A DNA stretch of 51,071 nucleotides, filler included, from Streblomastix strix (lineage: Eukaryota): the NCBI GenBank assembly GCA_008636045.1. It is 2 parts of 2 records of this genome, joined end to end, with 100 filler letters (N's around TTAATTAATTAA, not from the genome) between each part and the next. Parts side by side here need not be neighbours in the genome. Positions count along the whole stretch, not along the records: positions 25,589 to 51,071 come from SNRW01000200.1; 1 more part is not named here. The stretch is one strand, 5' to 3'. Below are positions 40,173-51,071 of the stretch, piece after piece. How positions within the stretch are numbered: the stretch's first letter is position 1; every line of letters begins with the position of its first letter. The position numbers and the translations under genes are program-made. The notes beneath the pieces are model-generated. The model did no database searches. It worked only from the letters and a program-made list of their open reading frames with translations, and was not told where the DNA came from.

Positions 40173-43100
40173 TCATTGTTTGGCTTGGTCATGTGCATTG
40201 CGATCACTGAAATAAGGAATTAATTGCAAAACTGATGAACCAGCTTGAATAAGCAGTGAGTATTTACATAACTGTAATAATTGTGATTGATTATTTTATG
40301 TTTGTGTTAATATCTTAATCTCTTCTGATTTTATTATTCTTTCAAATTATAATTGACTATTTTTATTTTCCCTTTCTTAATCTTTGTTTAATAGGAACTG
40401 TAATATTTAATTAGAAAATGAATATTGACCGAATTGTGAATCTTTCTAATCTTGACTAATTGTATTCATTACTATGTTGATATCATTATTATCTATACTG
40501 AAATTGATATCTGTAATATTTTCAGCATCTTAAAGCCGATGATGTATTAAATTAATAGCTGATCCTAGTATATAAAAAAAGAATAATAAAAGAAAATGAA
40601 AAAATGAAGAGAAATATGAATAATAATCTACAAAACATAATAAATCAATAATACCTTTTATATCAACACTTTACTATTTCAAGAATGAACTTAAATATAA
40701 TGTGAATGAAGGAAATTGTTATTAATTCAATCTATCATCTATTTCTTCAATTGTGTCTATATCTAAATTCCAGTTATATATATCTTCATAATATTGTTAA
40801 AGTATTTATTCAAATCTGGATCCATTTTCTTTTTCTTCAATTATTATTTCTTTATTACTTTCCTTTTATTCATTAATTGAATCTTCTTTTTCCAATTTAA
40901 TATCCTAATTATCTTTCTTATTGTATGAATCATTATCTAATAGTGGCTCTAATATATATAGAAGCGAATAGAATATGAAATATGAAATATGTCTTCGAAT
41001 TTATGTTTATAACAATTGGTTAATATTTAATAATATTTATGATTATTACCGATCAGAAGGTTATTTATTAAACGGATTATGAAATGATGAAGAAGGTTGT
41101 ATATTCAAATGAGATTATGATTATGGAGTTATTTATTCAGATACAAGATTAGAAGGAAATAATTTTGATTATTTTTCAATATTAATATTTTTCATTAATT
41201 CATCAGTTTATTCAATTTTCATTTCTCTATTCTCGTTCAATATTTCATCCTTTTCAATATTCATCGATACAAATGATGTGAATATGTATTATGCTACTGT
41301 ATTGTTAATTGTGAATTTATTATCTTCATCATTCCAAATATATTATTTCCAAAACTATCGGAATCTGATTTATTTTGGCTCGATGTATTCATAAAGTTAT
41401 TAATTCATGTTAATTTAATCATTCTAAGCCAATATTTCTTATTCTTCACTTTATTTCTTATTCTATTTCCTATTCATATTCTTTTCTTATTTCATTTCCT
41501 TCTTATTCTTCTTTTCTTTAATTTATTCCTCTTATTTATCTTTGACTTACTCTTTTACTTCTCCAAAAAGCTTCTTTTGAAGCTGAATCTGCATTTCAAG
41601 TTACTAAGAGAGTGGAATTTATTATTTTTATGAGTTCTATTCATTAATCTATGTTTGTGAATTTTGCTGATTTTAAGATATTTGTTGGTCATTGCCCTTT
41701 TCTATACTTTTATTTGATTATAAATTGTCTGTTTAAATTAATTTATTAATTTATTCGCTTTCATTTATTATTTCACTTTTATTATTCTTTCTTTAATGTT
41801 TATTAACATTTTATTAAATTGTCAATAAGTTATTTTTATCTTTTAAAATGTTTATCAAATTGTAAATTGTGATGCAATTAATAATATAGAATATTTCTCC
41901 TTCTAAATTATGAATAGAGGAATTACTATATATGCTTTTGTTTCTGATATTTACATTTGTTTAATATTAATCATTATCTTAATCATCTCTAATTTGTTAT
42001 CCATCTTTTTATTCTTTATTTTAATCTTCTTTTTCTTCCCCAATTTTCTCTTTCTCTTTTTATTCCTGCATATTTTTGATTTCTTTCATTATTTTCTGCT
42101 TCTTATTATTGATTTCTCGCAATCTGATAATCTATTCCCTCCATTTGTCAATCTAATTAATATATTGCTTAATTATATTGGATGCCAATATCTCAAATTG
42201 AACTTCATCAGAATTTGACTGTCTGAGCCTGAAAAGTGTCTCAGAAACAGTGAGGAGAGGTTTGAAGTGAATAAACTGGATTAAATGTGAAGAATTGAGT
42301 GTATCTGTTGGATCTGGATGTTATTTGGGTTATTTTTATTTGCTTTATTTATTCTGGTTTGTATCGGGTTCAATATTTTATGCTGTATTTGTATTATTGT
42401 TATAATTGGATATATAATTATCAATTGAAAAAGCAGGAGGAATTAATTTTGCATCATTTTCATTCTTCTTTTCAACTTCTTATTTCTTTTCCCCATCTTT
42501 AACCCTTTTATTATTTTCATTCTCTTTAATATTAATATTCTTATTTAATTATTAATCCTTCTCTTATTCTTATTCTTATTCTCCTTATTTCACTCTCTCG
42601 TTTTCATCCTTAAATCTTCCAAGTGATTCAATCATTGTATTTTCTTCAGATCCAAGAAACGGTTTCTTCCTTTGAATAGTAAATATTGAAGAGAAGATCT
42701 TTTTAGTTCCTTTGTTGATTCCACCCAATGTGAAAGGATTTGATTCTGGTTTGTTTTCATTTCTATTATCAGAAACTTATTATGAATATCTCTCATTATC
42801 AGATTCTGAAATACTTTCATTTGATTATATTGGGATTGATGTCTATGAATTATCTTTGACTATTTATCTTTAATCTAGATCAAGTTATTGTTTATCCTCA
42901 TTTGTATTTAATTTAATTTTATTTTATTATTTCTATTCTATTATTAATTTTTCTTTCATTACTTCTTATTTGTTTATTTTCTTATTTTTATTATTCTTTA
43001 TCATATACTCAATATCAATATATGATTCAATATTATAATTCATAACATCATCTCTAAATAAATATATATATAAATGTAAGGATTTAAACAATTAACCATA

Positions 43101-46100
43101 ATATAACTCAAATATCCTTATATTAATATTCAATTAATATACAAAATAAACATTAAAACCACACCTCAGAATTCTATTTAAACAAAATATTATTCTCTCA
43201 TAAGAAACTTTCTCTAATTCATTCATGAATGTTCTAATAGGAGATGAGTATATGTATGTTAGAAGATTATGAGACATAATTGAAGATGATGAAATTTATT
43301 ATGGTTAATCTAATAAAGAAATGTTCTATTAATATGATTATTGTTGTTGAATTGATTATTACAATTATTAGTATTATTATTCAGTGTCATAATTATCATT
43401 TATCATTATTTTCTTTACGAAACTGATTTTCCATTTATTTATTCTATCTTATTCTTCCTTATTTATTTCAGTATTCAATTTTTCTTATATTTATTCTTTA
43501 TTATTAGTTTCTTCTTTCTATTAATTATTATCAATCTTTATTATTTCATTCTATTAAGTTTAATTATTTTTATAATCAATTTTATCTTCATTAATTAATT
43601 TATCATCAATTTTTAGCTTTTATTCTTCTTTCTATGCAAAGAGAATAACCTTATTAGTAATTGATAAGAATAAAAAAAATGAAATGAATTAAGTGCAAAA
43701 ATACAAATAAAAATTTAATTAATATGAAATATTTCTCCTAAAATATTTTATTAATAATTAACTAACTTGATTCAAAGCAGCTACACTCAATATTTGTGAA
43801 TAATAAGGAAGAAAGTATTATGATATCTAGAATGAATAAAGTGTTCAAGAGAATAAAAAATAAATATATAAATAAATTAGAATTAATTATATATATTTAT
43901 CAATCATACATCCTTGCACATGTTTGATAGATGAATGATCAGTGAATCATATGGTTTATAGATCTGGGTTTTATCCAATGATTATTAAGATGTAGGTTAT
44001 TCTATTGATGAAGAGAGTGGATTTGCATTCAGTCTAATATATGTAAATATATAAATGAATGATAATTGAAATAATCAAAAATAAATTATTAATACAAATA
44101 GTACTATTTAATCTGAATTGCAAACTTTGTTTCTTCATTTGTTTATTTCATCTAAATTATCAAATTTAGAAATACGTCATTTTCATTAACTTTTGCCAAT
44201 GAATATTCCTTTTCTTCTTATTTTTCATTCTTACTCTATTTATCTACAAAATCAATATTCTTTTCCCCTTTCTCAATAATATCTTCTTTATTAAACTATT
44301 TCAACTTCATCTTCTCTTTTTCTTTCATTTTTTCTTTTTCAATCCATGATTTCTAATTTTCAATCTATTGTGATGTTTAAACAGCAGAAAAATTGTCTTA
44401 ATTTTATTCTATTTTAATAAAGTCTTATTATTTCTCCTATTATTTAGTTGTTTATTATTTAGATTAAGAAGAAGATTAAGATTTTTTCTTATTTTTTAAT
44501 TCTTTGTCATCTGTTGAATGTAAATTATATAAAAAATTAAAAACAAAATAGAAAAATTAAAAAAGTACAATTTTATTTTCATTAATTTAATAATAAATAT
44601 TATATGTTAAGAATTCAAATAAAAATACCTTATTCTTTTTGCATGAAGATCAAAAAAGGAGCTGAATCCATATCTTATAAATCTGAAGAAGATTATTTTT
44701 CCTCTTAATCTTATTGTTATTATTATTATCCTTATTCTATATCTTCCTACATTGAAGATAATGAAGATAAAATGGTTGTATCTTATTTAATTGATGTATC
44801 TACTTATGATTATTATTATGATAATAATGATTCATTCATTGACGTTTCCTCTTTCAATGCAACTGTTCCTAATCCTGCTTTATCTGATTGGACATTTGTA
44901 CTCTAATTAATCTAATTATTATTATTATCAATATCTTCATTCTATTTCATTTCATCTTCTTACTCTTTTTCCTTCTCTTTCTGAATGTTTATTATATTGA
45001 TACTATTCATATTAACATTTATGGTCAAGTTTATTGGAATCAGAACATTTGGTGCAGAAGGTCCCCTCAAATTAATGATGTTGTTCTTCATAAATATTTA
45101 TTACAAATGTTATATCTTCTATTACTACAACTGCTATTATTATATTTACAATTGAAATTATTATTATTGTTGTAGTTACTTTTATTTTTATTTCTTTTCT
45201 CTTTCTTATTTTAACTGAATCTTTGATAGTTATGATGATTATTTCTATTTTGGATTCTATTTTAATTTCTCTGGAGTCTTCTATAATTGCATTTATTATT
45301 ATTACTATTAACTAATATTATTCAATTATACTTATTCAGATGCTGATGATTAAGATTATTATTAAATAGAATTATTAATTGAATCTAAGTTTGTCTAAGC
45401 AGGAGATTGCAGTTATGCAGATATATATGACTACTAAGAATACATTGATGCTTATTCATTCAATTAACTCTCATTCAATTCCTTATTTATCTCATCAATC
45501 TTATTTACTCCAATAATACCTATCTATCTCTCCTTGTCAATGTCCTTATTCTTCTCCAATGGGGTGAATTCAATCAATTAAATTGGAGTATCCAGATTCT
45601 ACAATTAACTTGATGAATCTGAAGGTTGGAGTATGGATGTGTATGAAATGGCCTTTGGATGTGAGAGCCTTGGAAGTGAATTGGATGAATATTCTGATGT
45701 TGATATGAGATTGTTCTATTATTATTATTATGATGATGATGATGGAATTACTGATTGTATTTATTCTGAAGATTGGTGTAACTGTTGTTAATAAAGCACT
45801 TATGGTTATTCTTAGTTTGATTCATTTTATGTTTCAGATGAAATTGATTTTATTTCATTCTAATTCACCAATTTATCAACTTCAATTTAATTATTCTTTT
45901 CTTTCTCTGAATTTGTTGTTTATTTATTTCCTTCTTTTATTTCTTGTTTTGATTCTTTCTTAATTTCTTACTTCTGATCTTTAATTTCATACATTGGTCT
46001 GAAAAATGTGAAAAATAAGAATATTTCTTTTTTTGTCGCTTCTTTTATCATTTGAGATATAAGATAGAATTAATGGTAGGGTGGCAGGAAGGAATCTAAT

Positions 46101-48072
46101 TATAGGATAGAATATGATAATAATAAAATATGAATTAAATTAAATAAATAAATAATAAAATATGAATTAAATAAATAGATAATTAAATTGTATATATAAA
46201 GATAATTAATAATATACCTTCCAGAACTCTTTTTATTTTACTCTAAATGACTCTTCTTATTAATCCAAGTCTGTATTGAAGATACGAATTAATACATTCT
46301 CCAAGAAGATGTACAACACTGAAATATAATATATATATTAATATTAATTAAATATATTAATAAAAGAATCTTACAATTAAATATAAAATATTATTCATTC
46401 CCTTAATAAACTCTAATTATCTTATATTTCTATCTTATTCTAAATACCTCTGTTATCTGCATCTATCTTCAATAGTCTCAATTCTGTATTTGATCTTCTT
46501 AGATAATGAAATGAATGAATCAAAAAGAATCTTCTGCTCAATTGGATTGATAAGGCATGTTATATACTATGATTACTGTTATATTATTTGTTATTATTAT
46601 TATATTTATTACTCCTATTAAATATAATTATTCAACTATACAGTCTATAATTACTTCTTAGGTGTAGAATATCCCTGTAAATTCTATTAATATGCAGTGA
46701 ATGATGACATTATATTTGGATTGGGGAATGTGAATAGTGATTAATACTGATAATTGAATGGAGAAGCAGGTTAAGGTTAAGGAGAAGGAGGAGCTTATTT
46801 GGATGGAGAGAATTATGATGGATTTGATCTGAATGAAAATATGGATCTTCTTTGTTGAGGAATTTTGTCTTCTTTTTCTTCATCTGAATAGTCTTATATT
46901 GAACCTCTTAATTCATATAACTATTATTGATATATATGAATAAGAAGAATATGAATATGAAATGAAAGAATTTATTAACAGATAAAATTCCTAATTAGAT
47001 TAATCAATCACAATTTCATATATTTTACTCAATATATTTAATACCTTCAATTATTTTCCTGCTTTAACTGTTGCATTCTTGATGAGTATTACAATAAGAT
47101 CTTTTTATAATGATAATATCTTAGATTGATTCTACTTCATTTGATTCCATTCTGTCTAAACACTAACAAAATTCCTCTGAATATGAAAGAATGTCAATAA
47201 AATAAATAATTGTTCAATTTATGAATAAATAAATAATGAATTAATTAATCACACATTTTCTCTCATAAATTTCATATTTGCCTCCATTCTGAGCAACACT
47301 GAGTTAAATTCATCAGATGATGCTGTAAATGATGGATTGTGTATAATACGTTTGATATCTTCATATTCTCTGAATGCAGATAATGTATGATCTATCTCAG
47401 CTAGGCTCGTTTTCATTTGTTGCTAATTAAATCATTTAAATGAGATAAAAATGAGATATAAATTTGAATATAATTATGAATACCAAGCTATCATATTTTT
47501 CAACAGCAGATCTAACAATGTCATTAGATGCTTTATATGTTTTCTATTGTTATTCTTCAACTTATTTGATTAACTCTAAACATTCATTAACTTCGCGTTT
47601 TTCTGTTTCGCATTCCTTCAATTGTGCGTCAAGAGCAGAAAGATCTTTTCTGATATAATTTAATAGACATAAATGAAGTTTATACATGAAATGATGATCA
47701 AACTTTATCTATTCGACCTCTTGACCATTTCTCTATGATTTCCTCTCATTAAGCGCGATGGCTGTGTCTTCTGGTAAAAAGCATGGCAATTCAACAATAT
47801 TACTTAATTTATTTGTATGTATAAAATTCTGAAAAATATACAATAAAAGCAACCGAATCAAAGTAAAAAATGAGTTATAATTAATAAAAAAAGAGAATTG
47901 GAGATACCGACTAATTTTGTTAGATAAACCATGCATAGATATCTTCATCAGCATTATATGAACTGTTACTACGAACTTATATGTTAAAATAATTTTAATG
48001 AATCAAAGTAATCAAGAAAATCAAGTTCAAAAAAAATAATTACAAACTCTACGGTGGGTCAGTTATATTCAT
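40173..48072 (-). CDS. COG3: Conserved oligomeric Golgi complex subunit 3 (Sec34)-like protein, many introns and low-complexity insertions
   Basis: EDIYAWF. EIDHTLSAFREYEDIKRIIHNPSFTASSDEFNSVLLRMEANMKFMRENRNF..NQSKILSL parallels the Sec34 domain (LSYF..LNSP..F..L..LD.CI.Y..HPNF..QCLS.AL.L). LEGEIFYIINCITI parallels DGQLFLIKHLLIL. TGA at 40173-40175. The internal exon structure was not fully resolved. Confidence 0.7.
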
Positions 48073-48277
48073 TTGTACTATAAAAAATGAATTAAATTGA
48101 ATATATCAAAATGTTTATGCTATAATGCTAAAGAAAAGACAAACGAGTGGAAATTAGCAATTTACAAAATTGAAATATAAATTTTTTAATAGTCTAGCTA
48201 CTTTTATTATAATTGTACAAGAAAGCGAAATGAAAATAAAATTATTTTCAAAATGAAATGAGAATGAAGCATGAGGC

Positions 48278-49852
48278 TCATTTCCAGCCCCTCTTTTGTT
48301 TGAGTTGATTGAATCCTTGTGCAGTAATTGAGCCATACAATTGCACCTCCTCATCTTAAAGAAGACTCCTGATTGGTACTTTAAAGTTACCCTTCAATCT
48401 AGAATAGTCTTCTTCTCTAAACCTTCCATATTGATCATTTCTCTCAGGATTTATATTCTGATCATTATATGGATTTTGTTGTTATTATTTCTTCTTTTAA
48501 ACTCTCACTTTACTTGGACTCATCTAATGCATTTCATAATTAGTATTCTTCTACTATCTGATAATACTCTTTTCCTTTTAAAACTAACTTTCATTATTAA
48601 ATTCTTCTGATTGTTCACTATTATTATCTTCATCATCTTCATCTTCATTATCATCATTACTATTATAATCCGTATTTGTATTGATTATTACAACTCTTTA
48701 ATGCTTTTATATCTTTCTCTATTAATCATATTAATTATCCTAATACTTCCCTTTGTCTTTATTATTATTCTTAGTCTAATTCATTCTCTTATTATTACTA
48801 TTATTAATCACATTCACATTCTTCCTTTATTAATATTTAATCTATTTCTACTCATTCTGAATCTAATTAATCTTCATCATCTGTTATATATTTACACTAT
48901 CCCTCATTCTCTCCATATCCTATTCACTGATACCATTAATTATTCTATTCAATTCAACTCCAGCTTTGAATGAAGGAGGAGATGTTGTTATATTATCATT
49001 GTCACTGTATTCATTGATATCTATTTCTATATCTTAATCTTATTATTGTTATTATTTATTCTTTTATTTATCATTTTCTTTATTGTTGTGAATATAATGT
49101 TATTCTTATTGTTATTGATATTAATTAACATTGGTTATTAATGACATTTATGAAGGTTATAATGAACGTTATGAAGGTTATAATGAACGTTATGAAGATT
49201 ATAATGAACGTTATGAAGGTTATAATGAACGTTATGAAGGTAATAATGAACGTTATGAAGGTTATTATTATGATTATTATTATGATTATAATGACAATGT
49301 AGAATATGAGTCAAATGATTATATTGATTATAATTATGATTACTATTATAATGGTGAATTTGTTTGAATAATAAATGGAATTGATACATTTTATTTATTA
49401 TTTTTACTCTATATATTATTAATAATATTATTTTATATATTAGAATTTGTTTATAAGTCATCTTGTTATATTTGCATAGTATTGATATTTGATTATTGTT
49501 ATTATTATTGTTGAATTGGAGATTGCGATTGAAATTGTGGTATTTAACCAATAGTTTATATACTTTCACGAAGAACTGTATTATTATTGTTGGCTAAATT
49601 ATTATTACATTAATCAATATTTGGATTGTTAAGAACATTATTATTGTTATTATTATTATTATTATTATTTAATAATGATATCTGACTTTTACTTCTTTAA
49701 TTATATCTTTCTCTTTCTAATTCCATTTATTTGTTTCTTTCTTTCTCCTTTTCTTTATCTTATATTTACAATTCTAATAATGCTATGAAGTTCTTATTCT
49801 GTTATTCAAGCATCTTTTATTACTATTTTAGTAGTTAAACTGCTTCATTCTC

Positions 49853-49949
<97 letters not shown>

Positions 49950-51071
49950 ATTGAATATATTTATTCATTTGAATGTCTCATATAGTTCTCCTTCTATTAA
50001 TACTCTTATTCTTATTCTTATTATATCTCATTTTCTTATTCTTTATCTTTAATATTATCATTTATCATCTATTCAAAGTTAATTGGAACCTTAGTTGATG
50101 GACGTGGTGAATAATGTACAAGAGCTTTTTTGATCAATTTATCACTATGTTATTCTTATACTTATTCTTATTCTTCTTATTATACTTATTCTTCTTTATT
50201 ATTATTGCTATCTGAATTTTATATTGATTATTCATTCTGCTATTAAACAGATTAAACTGGAGATATAGATCTTTGAGGATGAATAATAGATTAAGATTTA
50301 TTAGTATTCTATAGTGAATATGAATGTTTAGATGGGGATTCATTAGTATTATTTAGATTAGATTATGAATTATATACAGATATAGATTATTATGATTATT
50401 AATAAATCTATTATTTCTATTATTATTATCTCTAATTATATTTCTAATTGTATTTAACACTAATAATTGATCTTGGAGGAGGGGTTGGAGATGAGAAATG
50501 TGGAGATGGATGTTTAGATGGAGATGGTAATTTATATGAAGAAGAATTATTAGTATTAGAATTAGTATTTGTATTAGAATTAGTATTTGTATTAGAATGT
50601 TTAGGAGAATGTTTAGGAGAATGCTTTGATGGTGAATGGCTATTAGAATGTTTTGAAGGTGAATTATTATTAGAATTATTATTATGATTATTTGAATGTT
50701 ATGGAGAATTATTATAGTTATTAGAATATTTTGAAGGAGAAGATTAACTATGATTATGATTATTAATATGAGTATTATGTTATGGAGATTAATTATGTTA
50801 TTTTGAATGTTTAGATGGAGAATGAATTGGAGAAGTTTTAGAAGGATAAATTTTATTATGAATATCTTTATGTTTATAATCAGGTGAATGTATTGAATGT
50901 TAAGGAGATGAAGATGAAGATGAAGATGAAGATGAAGATGAAGATGTATTATGATGATGATTTATATCTGAATGATGATTGTTAAGAACATTATTATTGT
51001 TATTATTATTATTATTATTATTTAATAATGATATCTGACTTTTACTTCTTTAATTATATCTTTCTCTTTCT
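48278..51071 (-). CDS. 5'-partial Q/S/P-rich low-complexity protein
   Basis: Frame with SPKH repeats (about 50580-50900), Q31 and PSQRSLQ repeats, ending ..VQLYGSITAQGFNQLKQKRGWK* (TGA 48278-48280). The start lies beyond the window. Confidence 0.7.
49148..49265 (-). repeat. 21-bp coding minisatellite, about 5.6 copies (PSQRSLQ)
   Basis: Plus-strand unit TTATGAAGGTTATAATGAACG, with two single-base variants. Confidence 0.9.
49853..49945 (-). repeat. (TAA)31 in frame, poly-Gln
   Basis: 31 consecutive in-frame TAA codons between ..SIE and ENEAV.. Confidence 0.85.
50977..51071. repeat. Exact 95-bp direct duplicate of 49624-49718 at the contig end
   Basis: GATTGTTAAGAACATTATTATTG...CTTTCTCTTTCT is identical at both sites. 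Confidence 0.9.

Overview
Very AT-rich, intron-containing eukaryotic DNA in which TAA and TAG encode Gln and TGA is the only stop. The supplied ORF track therefore fragments or misses nearly every gene. The code, short introns, tyrosine-recombinase retroelement remnant and SPRY/beta-helix families suggest an oxymonad such as Streblomastix (inference only). The window is two contigs of about 25.5 kb joined by an artificial N44-TTAATTAATTAA-N44 linker (25489-25588). Contig 1 starts with a decayed zone: a TIR-bounded MITE, the 3' end of a DIRS-like retroelement abutting a beta-tubulin pseudogene, a near-intact pogo-type DD35D transposase and an Hsp70/BiP pseudogene. It continues with a stand-alone ferric-reductase-like bis-heme membrane protein, an ARM/coiled-coil/SPRY protein, a disrupted pseudokinase-ARM gene, a ~2,050-aa membrane-anchored S41/CPAF-like protease with about 20 Cys-rich 33-aa repeats, and a Pho80-like cyclin. 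Contig 2 has five minus-strand genes: a secreted beta-helix protein (partial), a greatly expanded PIF1 helicase, a Q/N-rich protein, COG3 and a partial Q-rich protein. All calls come from manual translation and motif recognition; no database searches were run.
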